DNA of 63,234 bases, counting the filler, from Polymyxa betae A26-41 (lineage: Eukaryota; Protista; Endomyxa: Phytomyxea), in the NCBI GenBank assembly GCA_003693705.1. It is 7 parts of 7 records of this genome, joined end to end, with 100 filler letters (N's around TTAATTAATTAA, not from the genome) between each part and the next. Parts side by side here need not be neighbours in the genome. Positions count along the whole stretch, not along the records: positions 18,434 to 25,683 come from RBZT01000912.1; positions 25,784 to 36,000 come from RBZT01000211.1; positions 36,101 to 48,808 come from RBZT01000249.1; 4 more parts are not named here. One strand, written 5' to 3'. Below, piece after piece: positions 24,766 through 38,170 of this stretch. Below the pieces are notes generated by a model, which saw nothing but the letters and a program-made list of their open reading frames with translations, was not told the origin of the DNA and did not search any database. Every line of letters starts with the position of its first letter. The first letter of the stretch is position 1. Made by a program: the position numbers and the translations under genes.

Positions 24766-25783
24766 TGATCAGATGTTGCTCGCTGGATAATCAGTGTGTT
24801 AGTACTAATCTGCGTTCTTGTCATCACCCGAATGTCCTTGTTTGACTGAATAGATATTTTACTACATCAAGATTCAAGATTGTAGAAGCTACATCTGCCT
24901 GGACAACCTCCCTTGTATTAATAAACTGCATCGCTCTACAAATGGCACCTCTTGATGTCGCTCAATTTGCAATATTCATATACTGGTCGGTCTGTCTGTA
25001 TTTGCTCCATCTCCATGTCTTCAATGACTACTGGTTTCTATCAGCCATTTCCTGAATTTTGTTAAAGCAAGACAGGCTCTTAAATCGGTGATGCGGTTCC
25101 AAAGAGGCCGAAGTGCAAGACCTTCGTTGAAGGGGAAGACTGAGGACATCGATCAACCTGTCTAGACGGGTTTAGTCCTGACAGTGCTGGATATAGCCGG
25201 AACGTCTGTAATGCTAAGTTCTGATGAAGATAACAGCGCCCCTTGATTATTTCAACCAACAACGACCCATTCCAATCTAATAATAAACTGCGTCAGCTCT
25301 TGAAAATTTTGCGTGACTTTAGGAAGTCACGCAAAATAGTTCGCACAAGTTCAATCCAACATCTGAAGCGTAATCAAAACCCAACCCCTAGCGCATGCCA
25401 AACCCTAAATAGAGTTGTCTTAGAAGAAAGATTGACGAAATCATGAAGGTGGGTTTAAAAGAAGCGATTGATTGAATCTGCCATTGCCGAATACTTCTTA
25501 AATATGCACAATATGATTTGTTGAAGACATCAGGATCGTCAATTGGCGAGTCTGTTTCTGGGTACAGACTGATGTAAGCTGTTAGGTGGGATCGTGGCCC
25601 TCAAGCGGCCGAATCACGTTGCATCGCCGGTCTCTGGCGTTCGGATCAGATCGACAACGTCTGTATCAACTTATATTTTCTCCNNNNNNNNNNNNNNNNN
25701 NNNNNNNNNNNNNNNNNNNNNNNNNNNTTAATTAATTAANNNNNNNNNNNNNNNNNNNNNNNNNNNNNNNNNNNNNNNNNNNN

Positions 25784-26757
25784 CGGGTCACGAACAATCT
25801 CTGTCCTGCGTTGAGTAGGAATTTGACCAACTTGGTCCTGCCTTCCTCGCTGTTTCTAAGACTGGCAAACCATGATTTTGAAGATTATTTTCAAAATTCT
25901 GCATGAGTTCCTCCACTCCATCTAAAGGCGCCCCCTGGGTCCATCGCATTTTCAAGTTTGACATAGTACTCTCAACACGATAGACCTGCTTCGGTTCTAT
26001 AGCCAGCTCTTGACAGATCCAGTTCAAAAGAACCCGATCACAAAGAAGGCTAACATCAAGAGGGGGATCTAGGCACCACTGAGAGATATAGCAAAGCTTC
26101 TCTGGTGCTATCAATGACCGCCATGTAACAGGGCTCCTAGCCTGTCGCCTCCGGTCATAATACTCTTTCGCTAACGCATACCAGTGCGCTAGCTCTGCTC
26201 TAGAATTGCCATTATATACAGGAGGGTTATCCTGGTTAAGAACCACTGCATTATAATGACTCTCTGGGAGGTTGGCTAATGGCTGAGCCAACGATATATT
26301 AGGGTTACGGTTAGGTTTTGGGAGCGCAGCCTCCCACTTGGGTGGTATCCCCTACCGACGTAGTAACCCCGTGCATACCCTCCTGGGGATTTGCAACCTC
26401 TAGCGCAGCCAACTGTTGCCGCGCAGCCTCTTCTGGCCGCGAGGCCTCCTGCGCAACCATCTGGGGTGGCGCGGCCTCTGCAACACTGCCCTGGTTGTGA
26501 TGCCCGCAGCGCCAGCTGGGCGCTGTTCGGCAGCTGAGCTCGTGTCCATCAGGTTAGAGGTAGTACGCCAACTAAAGACGTCTTTGTGGCAATCTGTCGT
26601 TCAAGCCTGAGACGATTGCACGAAGAAATAGTGAAGATGAATCTGTATTAATTATATGCGTATTCAAGCCCTTAGTAAATCCAGAAATTCATCGGAGTTG
26701 ATTGATAGCCAGAGTATGCGTAAATTAGAGCCATACAATATCCAATATTTTGTTACA
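25784..26757 (-). mobile_element. LTR retrotransposon 5' end: LTR 26585-26757 plus frameshifted gag, cut off by the gap
   Basis: TGTAACA...GCCACA-bounded AT-rich segment followed by a gag-like ORF (PPVYNG..WY..EY). Confidence 0.6.
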
Positions 26758-27570
26758 GACAGCATGAAGCCAGTTTACAGCGCTTCGGGGAAGAATGCAG
26801 ATGAATTCGGTCGTGAATTTGTTTTCATTGTCGGCATTCTTCTTGGCTTTCTTCATGTACGATAAATAACGATCATCGAGTTCTAAGATGGATTCGCCCG
26901 GTTTTCGTGTGCAGTGAATGAGCTCCTGCTCATAATAATGTCGCGTATCGTCGTCGACGAAATGCTGGACGAAACGTAATCGAACTTCGTCCCATGTCAT
27001 GCCATTTCCCAGGAGATTCTCTGAGACCCAATCGCCTTCAGCCGTTTCACAGCATACTGCGAGGGCTTCGGGATATTTCTCTTCCGGATAAGAGTCAGCA
27101 CGCAGTCGCCGAATGAATTCAGAGAGGAAGTCGTCGGCTGAGCTGGGGTCGGCCGCTGTGGGCCGCTTGAATCTTGGAAGATTCGCTGGTAGACGAGCCG
27201 GCCTTGAAGCAGTCGAAGCCTGACGGGATAGTGGAAGGCCCTGGGGCCTCATCTCTTCGTTTGGAGCCGCTCGGTTGCGGTTCGCAGGCGCAAGCGCCTC
27301 GAGAGCAGTGCGTGTGGTCGTTGCCCGCTCAAAGAGAGATTTGATGTCTTTCTCCAAATTGACTCTCCTGGTCTCCAAAGCTCGTTGTTCTGTGTGAGGC
27401 AGATCTTCCACTTCGATGTCGTAGAGGTCGGCAAGCTGCATGCAAGCAGCTGCCAGACGTCCTTAGTCTCGATCCAAGCGCTGCTGGAGCGCTTCGCTTG
27501 CCGCTTCGAGCTGCGGAACAGCCGTCGGGGACGGGTTCTCTTGAGCTCGGTTGTTATCGTTCGAGGCCAT
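26758..27570 (-). mobile_element. Gypsy-like gag remnant interrupted by the LTR at 26757
   Basis: LPANLPRFK..ADDFLSEF..MTWDEVRLRFVQHF..RKPGESILE gag signature. Premature TAA near 27463. Confidence 0.75.
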
Positions 27571-27899
27571 TGAACTCGCTCGAAAAAAGTGTTGTGCTAT
27601 GTAAGAAAAAGCGAAGAAACGAGCAGATGAGACCTCGCTCTGTATAAGAAAGGAGAATGAAAAGAAAAGAGAAACAGGACAAGAACACGTGACCTAGCAC
27701 ACAGTCACAGTGCAGCAAGAAGATCAGGAAGGCTGCGGTCCAGTACGGCATCGACGTGCTGGTCCACGACCTAGGGCTCTAGGGTTTAGGGTTTGTGGTG
27801 GCACCACAGAAACCTTACGTTTTTTTTTCAATTTTGAATATTTATTTTGAGCTTCTACACTAAAGAGCTTTTTGAACTACCAGTGCATCTTCGTCACTC

Positions 27900-28280
27900 G
27901 ACACGATTCTTCTGAATTAGTCTTGCGCACACCTCTCATTGAACCAAATACAAAGCATAATACTTTAGATGCTTTATTTAATGACGCGCCCCTTTTGGAA
28001 AATCCAGTATATATGTCTCAGACCAGGTAGTCTATTTTTATGGCTGAGATCATAAAATTCTTTATGTCGAAAACTTGGAGCAGAGCAGCATCTCACATAT
28101 GCTCACTATTCTAATGGCACAGTTGAGATTGTCAATCGTAATGTCAGATTTTTATTATGTAGCTTGATCTCTGAACAAAGTTCTAATAAGGCTGAGTGGC
28201 CTTGGTTTGTAAGATCAGTAGGAACATGCTACAACCATCGTCGTACAAAGTCGCTTGAATGACCATGCGCCTATCACCAA
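27900..28280 (+). mobile_element. Degraded retroviral-type integrase core
   Basis: Frameshifted translation VSDQ..AEII..HYSNGTVEIVNRNVRFLL..EWPWFV..YNHR. Confidence 0.65.
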
Positions 28281-31200
28281 GGATCCGTAATAAATAATTC
28301 ATGACATGGAGTTTTCCTATTCCATCATGATGATACAATATTCCTAGCACAAACCGAAACGAATAACTTAGAAGGAATAGGGTTAGGGAACCCTACCCTA
28401 CCGTAAACCCTAACATATTATTGCTAATTGCCTGGATCCTCCACGGGAAGAGCTCTCGAAGCAAAACCGTGTGGTCCACCCGGACGACTTCCGAAATCAA
28501 CTCCAGAGGGAGGTTATCCGTCCGGGACAATTGGTTCCTATGACTCAGTCACCAAAGACAAATGTCTGAATGTAATGATGCCTGAGGAGGTGGTCCTCTG
28601 GATTATCCAGGCGACCCGCGCCAAGCCCCAACTCGATGCGGCTTGCCGTAAGAAAGAAGCCAATGCCGGGCCTAAGCCACGCCTTGCCAAGCGGCCTGCT
28701 CCGTCCCAGACGCTGAAGAAGGATCTTCTCAAACACAAGCTGTTAAAAAGAAAGGCACCCCGTCCAAGCCTAATGTACCATCCCCCTTGAACATCGTAGG
28801 AAAACTCCGCTTTCCCAAAAAATGTCTTTCACGAACTGAAACTTTTTTCTATCTTTTGCATAGAATGGGCCCAAGGCCCAGCAAGCCAAGAGACAAAAGC
28901 CGAACTAAGCAGGAGTATCCCTCCAAAGGCATTCAACATCAAAAGATATAACAACAATTTTTACATCATTACAATGTCACAACAGAAATAGAGATTGGAA
29001 AGTTCTTCAATTTCCTTGCAGATGCAACACATACTCAGCCAGAAGAATTCTGGCTTTGGTTCATCGAATAAGATTCGACCCATGCATGCAATTTACATGT
29101 ATCCCTATTTGACGAGATACCATGGGGAAAACCCCGATGATCATGAGACGAATGCAGGATTTATTGAATCCCGGCAAATCATAGCCAGAACGGCAGACAA
29201 GATTGCAGGGCTGACCCTGATGCACCAATCCTGGAATGATAAGCAAACGATAGGGCATCTCAAATCCGGGCCATACCATGAAATCCAGGATACGAAATAT
29301 TGTCGGAACTAATGGAAATATTCAGAAATGGAACGTCGACTTCAAACGATGGTACGACCCCAAAAAATGTAACGACATTAGAAAGCCATTCATAGATATG
29401 ATGCAAGGTTGCATCAAAGGTGAATTATTTCGCTATACTCGAACTAACACGACACTTCAAGACAGACGAGCTCAAGCCATGAAGCTCTATCAAAGACTCT
29501 GCGATAGATCATTTCTTCCCAGCTATCTAGCCAAAAAATAACACCTATAGGCATAAGACCAATTATACCCAGCCACAGTTGGCTCACAACGAAAGAGCGG
29601 CAAAATATTTGCACAAAAATGCTTCCCATTAATTGGCGGAGCTAACTGGATTATCACAGATAGACTTCAAATAATACAAAACTTGGAAAACAAAAGCATA
29701 CAAACTTAAATGGTCCAAGCGACTGCAAAACAGTATATATTTCAATCTATTTCCAGATTCACTTACAGCCAATGCATACAAATCTCCATTAGGATTAGCA
29801 AAAGCTTCATAGCATGAACTCTCCGCTCTCTACCCAAAACAGCTCCAGCTGCTTTGCAAGTATCATCATTCAAGAGACACCAAAAGAGCGAATGCATTAC
29901 CTGGATTAAGGGGAACTGAAGATCAAGGTCACCCAATGGCTCGAATCCTGTGCAACCCGAAACCAGCTAAAAAGCGCTCTAACAACAACACATGAGCCAA
30001 GTCGAGCATCATTACAAAAATGATAAAATTGTTTCCAGCTAGCGCCAAGACGCTGATGAGCGTTCTGGATTGGCAAACGCGCCTCACCCATTATAGAGCC
30101 GCGATTCAAGTGATTTCATTCGCATTAGCTGATGGAAATCTGTGTGATACAGATGCACCTAACTCAACTAAACCGAGCTGCTAAATTATTGTTAAGACAG
30201 ATATTTTAACCAATAAAGTCTCGCATCGAGATTTAAAGTTTTGGAGAAGATTTGGGAACGGATTAACTGAGCATTTTGCTAAACGACAGGCAAAATGTTG
30301 CCTTTGTCTCGAATGGTGACTTGATGCTGGGGTCGTTAACAACTGTAGACAGCATTTGACGGATCAGAGCGGCGCGGGCAGTGCTCGCCGACCATGACTA
30401 TCATCTTCAGAGGGTTTGAAGCGAAGTTGATCTCCCAAATGGACAAGGAGCCGTGGCCGAATGATGTCCTGCAGCGTGAGCCGAAATTGACGTCTTTCAA
30501 GGCATGATGTGAGGCATCAACGAAAGAGATTAGAAATTTGAGTGTAACATTACTCTGCTGTGAGATTCCAAACGAGCCGCAGGAACACCCCTAAACCCTG
30601 AAAGTTTGATCTCATGCGTTTCTGCAGATATCATCGTATGCCTAATACAGATTCTAATCTCTGTTGTGAAAACTACATCCCAGAATCTACTCTTGATAAT
30701 CACACATAAGGGCTATTGTCATTATGAATGATACCTGCGGAAGGACAAATTTCGTTGTTGGGAAATTGAGATCGTAGGGTTAAAACCAAAATATGTGCAA
30801 TGCATCGCGATTTGTAAATTTTCGCCAATCACGATTCGATGGCGAAAATGAATATTTGCAGAAAGTTACGACTCTCAGCTTTTCTCCTCGCCAGCAACGC
30901 AACTTCAGCGAAATCAGATTAATGAGTGTTTCGTTGCTGGTTTCTGGCTGGGTATCGGTCAATATCGGCATTCAAGCCAGCACTGAAGCGTTTGCAGTCA
31001 AGTCCATTTTCATCTCAATGCCGACGAGGCCGAATATGATGCTTCATTCATCGTGAGATCAGATGATGTCTCTGTCCTGGCTGGACAATTGCATTATCTG
31101 ATTCGTTCTGCAAGAGAAGATCTCTTCATCTTGCATTCGATCGAAACTTTGGACGCTCACGTTGTCAATCTATCACAGATTGCGGTTATCACAGGTGACA

Positions 31201-31819
31201 GTTTTTAGATGCTATGAGACGCCTTTATGATGACGTGGTGTTGTATGCTGAGAAGGGGTCAAAATGTTTTTTTTTTTGAATTCCCCAACGGGCAATAATT
31301 CAGGGAATGTATTATTAATATTCCAAAATGAATTATTTATTCTTATCGATTACCAAAGAAGAAGAATTATTTCCGTCGTTTGGAAAGAAGTCAGGAATTT
31401 GATTCTCCCTCTCTGCTTTAGCAAGGAATCAATCAAAATTGTATTGCCCCGCCCCTGATTATTGAGCAATGGATTCGTAGTCCCTGTAATATTAACAATC
31501 CCTTGAGCATGGTGCACTCGGCTCCCATACTGATTGCGTGTTATTATGGATTTCGATTTCTTTGAAAGCGAAAACCATTGAGATAGCTCAGACGATCATT
31601 CGGGAAAAGATCACTACATGCTCTAGACAATATCTGGGGAAACTTTCTGCTTAATGTCTATTAGCAGCTGCTTGCTTTTATTTACAGCTCCAATAAATTC
31701 TCTTCAGAAATACGTAGAAGATTTGGTGTCTTGCAAGGCTGCGGATCTGCGGACTTGCCCCCTTCTGACCTGAGCTCCCCGACGCCGTCATTTCGTCCAC
31801 GACTCTCTCCTCGTCCAGC

Positions 31820-32936
31820 ATGATGATGGCTATCGCCGTCATGCTGGCTGTTGCCGTCCAGGTCGTGACCGCCGTCTCTCCATCGATCAGCTGTAGTCTT
31901 ACTCCTTGTCCTATCCGCATATCTCCTTCATTCGGCTCCAGAAGACTCTCAATGCTCTCACGGCCTTCCATCATTCTGCAACGATCTTACCAGCCTATTC
32001 ATGCTGTATGCTGTCAGCAAATTCCACCTCAAACTTCCTCTCTCCAAACATGCGTCAGCAGCTATGACGAGATTCGCGACTCGATTAGCGCCTCGAACTC
32101 CGTCGTGATCGCCTCCAACTCGCACGCCTCTATAACAGCAGAACGACTCGATGCCGACCCAAACAGCGGAACAATCTGCATGAAATTGAACTTTGAAGGT
32201 CCCCTAATATCCTGTACTGATCTCTATAACGACTCCATCCATCTCCTACAGCAATGTGGCTATTCAAATGCGGTCGTCTCTATCGATGTCCACGACAAAG
32301 ACAGCGCCGATTTTCTCACAAATCTCGGGTTCGCCCCCGGGGCCGTACTGGTTGGCGATGTGCAGCTCTGGACGCGGGCTCTGGCCCGGGAGCCCCGACA
32401 GGACGACGCTCTGTTCCGCCCGGCCACCCATGACGACGCCGAGCTGATCTGCGACCTGATGCGTTCAGCGTTCGATTCCGTTCCAACCGCAGAAGGGCTT
32501 CGAACACAGATGCGCGACTTCTCTCTACCCTGGATCATGTCCGCAGATAACAGCGGCGTCGCGTTCGCCACGACCATGTAAGGCTTTAAAACCCTAAACC
32601 CTAACCCTAAATGTTTCTAGATGGGGCGCCGACCGGATCGTCGCCTGCCACGTCTGTACTACAGCGGATGATTCGATTTTGGCGATAGAATTACTGTCCC
32701 GATTGGTGGACGACTTGTTGGCCCTCGGTTATGCCGGAGTCATCGCCCAGATTCCCGGTGACAATGATGCTCTGAAGTCCGCGTATGAAGCGCTCGCTTT
32801 CAAGGATGCTGGAGCGATGGAATATGGCTGGTCATCGACCTGGAAAACGTGTCGATTGATGAAACGGCGTCTGTGTGGTAATGATGATAATGATGATTTC
32901 TACAGAATGGGGTTCTGGACCACTCGGGTCTCGTAG
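31820..32936 (+). CDS. Signal-peptide protein with two GNAT-like halves, 2 exons (31820-32577, 32621-32936), ~357 aa
   Basis: MMMAIAVMLAVAVQVVTA leader. FRPATHDDAELICDL, GYSNAVV..SADFLTNLGF and GYAGVIA..NDALKSAYEALAF resemble GNAT motifs. In-frame 43-bp intron. Confidence 0.65.
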
Positions 32937-35214
32937 AACGTCTGTCTCACGTTTTTCTTACTGAGTATAATACAATAAGTTTCTCTGATTTCAGTGCGTT
33001 TGAAACGTAATATGCAATGGGAAACGAATTTGCTGTACTTGTATCGCTTAGCCCTGTCTGAACCTTTCTAATCGAGGCCATTCGATTCCGATACTAAACA
33101 GCGATAAAGCTCATTGCTCCCACGTTATGATCGATGTCAATTTATGGATTGTGATGCCTCAGCCAATTTGAGCCAAGAGCCAGCTGATATCGCGGCGACT
33201 AATTAATCAAGCCTGTACGTTATACTGCACTCGTCCAAGGCCAAGAACTTCGGCACAATCTCGCATGACCCGGCATTTAATTGACGCTTATCGATGTTCA
33301 CCAGGGGAGAGAGGTCGTTGAACATTCCGAATACAGAGGCGAGGTTCTTTTCGCGGAATTCTTAAAAAGTCCCATTCTGTACTAATAGTGGTTGGCGACC
33401 CGAAGTGCCCTCACAATGGCGAACAATATGGCCATCGAGCTCGCAGAACAGGCTGCTTTTTCGCTCATCCGGTGTCCACGTTTTAGACATCGTCAGCGCT
33501 GTTCGAAAATCGTGTCGATCACCCGGAAATCGGGAGGCTGGAAAGCGCGCGAAAGCGTCGAAGAAAAACAGAAACGGCTGGGCTTCAATGACGATCGTTG
33601 TATGAGGGCTCACGAGAATATTCTACAACGAATGAGTCAGCTGGTTGTCATGAGAGATCAGATCACATAGAGTGGCAGCTGAGACCTCGACGAAAAAAGC
33701 TTCAGGGTTTAACCCTTGACGGAACCGGTTCATTGCCGCTCTTTAATCCCAACCTGCATCTTCTAATACCATCTGGCATTCAGAAGCACAACGAGGGGAC
33801 TGAACGACGGCTTTGTTCACTCCGTATTGTCGAAGAAGAACGCCGAAACGGCTTGTAAGGGGTGAACAAAGACTTCGAAATTATTTCGAAAACAAATTTT
33901 CTCCATGTGAGAACCATAAAAGGGCTGGTAATTAGACTGTCAATAATCAACTCTTTGTCGGTCGGAGGCTGATCACTTATTAACGGTGTTTGGGTAATAC
34001 AGCCTTTCAAACCCGTCGAGCTGTGTAGGTTTCTGTGTCTGTGGAGAGGTCGCTGTTGGAACCAGCGCTGCTGTATTGCTGCCTAGCTGTTGACGTTACA
34101 GCAAATCATGTTGTTGCTTTTGTTGGATTTTCAATTGCTGTTGTTGTATCAAGTCTGGGATTGCTTCACTCTTTTCACCAAAACTCGATAAAAACCAATC
34201 GTGACTCATCTGTGGGCTATTTGATTCTCTTTGATCGTATCTCTGCTCTTAAAGGCCTGTGTTAACATGTCTATTGTATGAGAGATTAGGGATCATATTG
34301 ATAGAAAGCATTATTATGTGGTCATATAACATACCATGTCGGAGCAGGCATCACTTGTGCCAGATTTGACGAGCAGAAACAATATTGTTACAGCTGTAAC
34401 ATTACTTAGAGAGAGAGCGAACGCGAACTGATCTAAGGCAGATCTACATCACCATGGCCATGCATGTTTAAGATCATACCGGATTAGACCCGATGCTAAA
34501 CGCCAATATAGTTCGAAGGCCTCCAAGCTCTATATGTGAGCCTGGTATAAACATACTCGAAACCCAGCCAAAGCCTTGATATTGACGATCTCATAAGATG
34601 GGAGCAGCCCGTATTTCGGACCCAGCTGGACGTTCCTGATAAAGCGCGACCATAACTCCTTCACAATAACTTGAAATTGAGACATCTGGTCAGAGGGTCG
34701 TACTGATCCAACTATCATATCTGAGATATCACTTGCTAGATAAACTTCGCTTTTCCATTCTGGTGTTATATGCGTGTCTACTTCTAACTGTTGAATCTTG
34801 GATGGTTCTCCTGGAGGCGGAAGAAGCACAATGGTTACAATAAATCTCCACATGTTTATGATCTTATTTAATGGGTTGCAATCGGCTGGCCTTAAGTATA
34901 GGTGTTGGTAGAATCCTGTTCTATTGAATGAGAAGATGGGAATGTATAGGCAACGACCTTCTGTCGATGGGTTTGATAGGAATAGTTGAGACACCTGCGT
35001 GGTGTCGTTCTCTTGTTTGGAGTAGAACGGCCAATTGGATTATGCGATACGTAAAATCAATGATGATGGAGATCCAACTCGGATTGGAAATTCGGATTCT
35101 GATTGCAGGAGAGATTGAGTCTCGGGCGACTCCGTCATTCTATATTCACGATCATTGCCATATATTCTGTTAAGCAGAAAGCAGGGTATTGATAAGGAAA
35201 GTGACTTTTTATTG

Positions 35215-35520
35215 TGTGTGATTGATAAACCGGGCGCGACCTCCGTTGCTCTTTGCATTAATGAACATGTTTTCTCCTAAGCCTATCCTATCCGGCTTTC
35301 CGTTAATATTTGGAAGGCTGTCTCCATAAAACACGATTCCAATCCTAGATAATCGCCTGCATTGATAGTTTCGGCAGCCAGCAGCCCAAACCCTCGATCT
35401 CGCGTGTCTTCGATGGAGACCCCGTTTGCCCCGAGGCTGCTGCATACTCTGATCGCAGCAACGAACGCCAGCTGAGCAGAATCGCGGATCACAATCGGCG
35501 CTCTACAGAAACCGAGTGTT
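35215..35520 (-). pseudogene. AWS-SET domain (SET2/ASH1-like) fragment
   Basis: CDPRFCSAGVRCCDQSMQ, DRGFGLLAAETINAGDYL and FINAKSNGGRARFINH, spread across shifted frames. Confidence 0.75.
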
Positions 35521-36315
35521 ATATCGATATAGCAGAATATTAAGAAGAGATTCTGAAGGCTATTAGTCACAAATCGCCTCACCTTTAGGAGGAGGAAGGC
35601 TGCGCTGGCCGAATATCATATCGTAATTGAACAATATCTACAGACAGCTTGGATGCTTCTCTCGAAATGGTGCTCTTTCACTGCTTTCAGATGGTTTTGC
35701 ATTGTCGGATCATCATACAAACAATATGAGTTCAGGGATCTCGGGAACAAGCTGTGAATGATGATTGTTGTATGTACAATGTTATCACATCCCCATCACG
35801 AACCTGGTAATCCTCAGCACCAAAACTCCGGACATCCTGCGGATCCTTCTTGGCAACCCTTTGACAAAACTCGTGTCGCAAGCTATGTTTTTGCTATATC
35901 AGAGAAGAATACCTGCGGATCAATCAGACCCGAAAGGAAGAAGGGGAATGATAAAATGCGAGACGGGCTCCGCCGCAGACCTCCAATCCGTCTATTGTCA
36001 NNNNNNNNNNNNNNNNNNNNNNNNNNNNNNNNNNNNNNNNNNNNTTAATTAATTAANNNNNNNNNNNNNNNNNNNNNNNNNNNNNNNNNNNNNNNNNNNN
36101 ACAGAATGGTGAAATTCTGCATATGATGTCATCGCAGGTTGCGTGAATGAGCTCGCTGGGATCATGGCCTGCGGAATTGCATTTCCAACATTAGGAAAAA
36201 AGGGCTGGAACGCCAACTGCCTGGGATTAGCAGTCGGGATAGCAGCGTAGACGTTAGGCGCGCGTTTTGACATTGTAATCGTGAGAAATTTAAATACATC
36301 GCCGATTATCAGAAT

Positions 36316-37097
36316 GACAAAATTGAAACCGGCAACATTCTCTGCAACATGGGCTCAGGGTTGGCTCACTCCGAGACTGTCAGCATCAACAGTCATTTCG
36401 AGCAACTGTAAAAGTAGGTAACAGTAATGCAGTTCAACCAAGCCTCCAGCAGCAACCACTTTTAAGGGGGGGGGCAAAAAGTAAGTGATCCAAAAAGTTG
36501 TTGTTTTATTTCAACCAGTCTCTAACTTCGGAATATTCTGCGCAGCCTCCGGAGGGGTTGCGCTCCAATGAAGGAGAACAAGATTGTAACATCATAACAT
36601 TCTGCGCAGCCTCCGGAGGGGTTGCGCTTCACTGAAGGAGAGCAGGTTTGTAACTTCGGAATATTCTGAGCAGCCTCCGGAAGGGCTGCGCTCCACTGAA
36701 GGAGAACGCGTCTAGCTAAAATTCGCAGTGCGCCGAGCAGGACAAAATTGAAACCGGCAACATTCTCTGCAACATGGGCTCAGGGTTGGCTCACTCCGAG
36801 ACTGTCAGCATCAACAGTCATTTCGAGCAACTGTAAAAGTAGATAACAGTAATGCAGTTCAACCAAGCCTCCAGCAGCAACCACTTTTAAGGGGGGGCAA
36901 AAAGTAAGATCCAAAAAGTTGTTGTTTTATTTCAACCAGTCTCTAACTTCGGAATATTCTGCGCAGCCTCCGAAGGGGTTGCGCTTCACTGAAGGAGAGC
37001 AGGTTTGTAACTTCGGGTTATTCTGCGCAGCCTCCGGAAGGGCTGCGCTCCACTGAAGGAGAACGCGTCTAGCTAAAATTCGCAGTGCGCCGAGCAG
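36316..37097. repeat. Tandem duplication (36316-36740 / 36741-37097) containing 3+2 copies of a 64-bp hairpin minisatellite
   Basis: Near-identical blocks starting GACAAAATTGAAACCGGC. Sub-units start at 36523, 36587 and 36651, with core GCGCAGCC-N8-GGYTGCGC. Confidence 0.92.
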
Positions 37098-38170
37098 CGG
37101 TGGGCTGCGCCCTCATATACAAATGTGCGCACCCTATTTCTCACAATTTTTGTGCTCTCTCTTTCTTTTTTCGAATACCTTACGGTACCGGTAAATTTTA
37201 GGATATACACAGCTCGGAACCCGCAGAGACATGTCAGAGTGGTCGATGGTGTCATCTATCGCGAAATTGGCAGAACATGAACCGTCATTTATCTTATTTT
37301 TCAACTAATTATGAGAAATTTCGAATAAGATCGCTACTCGAATTGATCTCTCAAGAACAAGAATGAAATCGAAGTGACGTCTCCATTAAATATTAGAATA
37401 AACATAGAAATGTTTTCTGAAAGAAAAGAGCCCATTAACGGGCAGTTTGTTATGATCCTGCAATTCCGGACACGACTGCCCAAGCGGAAGCTTTCCATAA
37501 CTTTCTGAAGAATGTTTGCCAGACTGGTAAAGGAAATCGCTACATGCACAAATTTATCCGGAGTTTAATGTCAATTGAGGAAGATTACTGGATTATAGGC
37601 TCATTATATATACTAATAATTTGCTTAAATGTTCAGTTGATTAGAGAATGTTAAATAACCAAAATGCTTAATCTCTGGAGCTGCCGAGCTGGATGTAGCG
37701 GCACTGTAAAAGATTCAAGTCCGTTTTAAGAATGAGAATTGACCAAATTGAACAATTCCTTCTCTCTGCGGAAAACTATTTTTCCTGATTAGCAATGTCT
37801 CGTCCGAGTTGAACAATCATGTTGTATCGGATCAAAAATCTACTACGGACGTAGTTTGTGCATGACTCGATTGTTCTCCGTTAGACAATGAAGAAGACAA
37901 TCAAGGAAGTTGAAATCGACGAATGGGACATTCAACCATGTAATAAATTCGAAATCTACTTCAATCGAAGAGAAATATGTCATTCGACTTCTCTGAAATT
38001 ACTTACCGTATTGAGTATACGTATTTTAATATTTAACATACTGAGCGGACGCAGAAATACAAGTTTTTGCGAGAAAGGACCAGAAGCAAAGGGGAAAGAG
38101 AGAGCGCACTTTTTTGTATGACGGGCGCAGCCCACCGCTGCTCGGCGCACTGCGAATTTTAGCAAGACGC
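37065..38170. mobile_element. Non-autonomous Mutator-like (MULE) element
   Basis: TIR of about 60 bp (GCGTCT(A/T)GCTAAAATTCGCAGTGCGCCGAGCAGCGGTGGGCTGCGCCC...) at both ends. Exact 9-bp direct repeat AAGGAGAAC at 37056-37064 and 38171-38179. Confidence 0.8.

Noticed and set aside
28428-30110. Possible degraded gag/pol region
   Set aside because: No diagnostic motif I can name. Left unannotated.
36523-37064. CRISPR-like look of the hairpin repeats
   Set aside because: Inter-hairpin sequences are themselves repeated (no unique spacers), there are no cas genes, and the context is eukaryotic.
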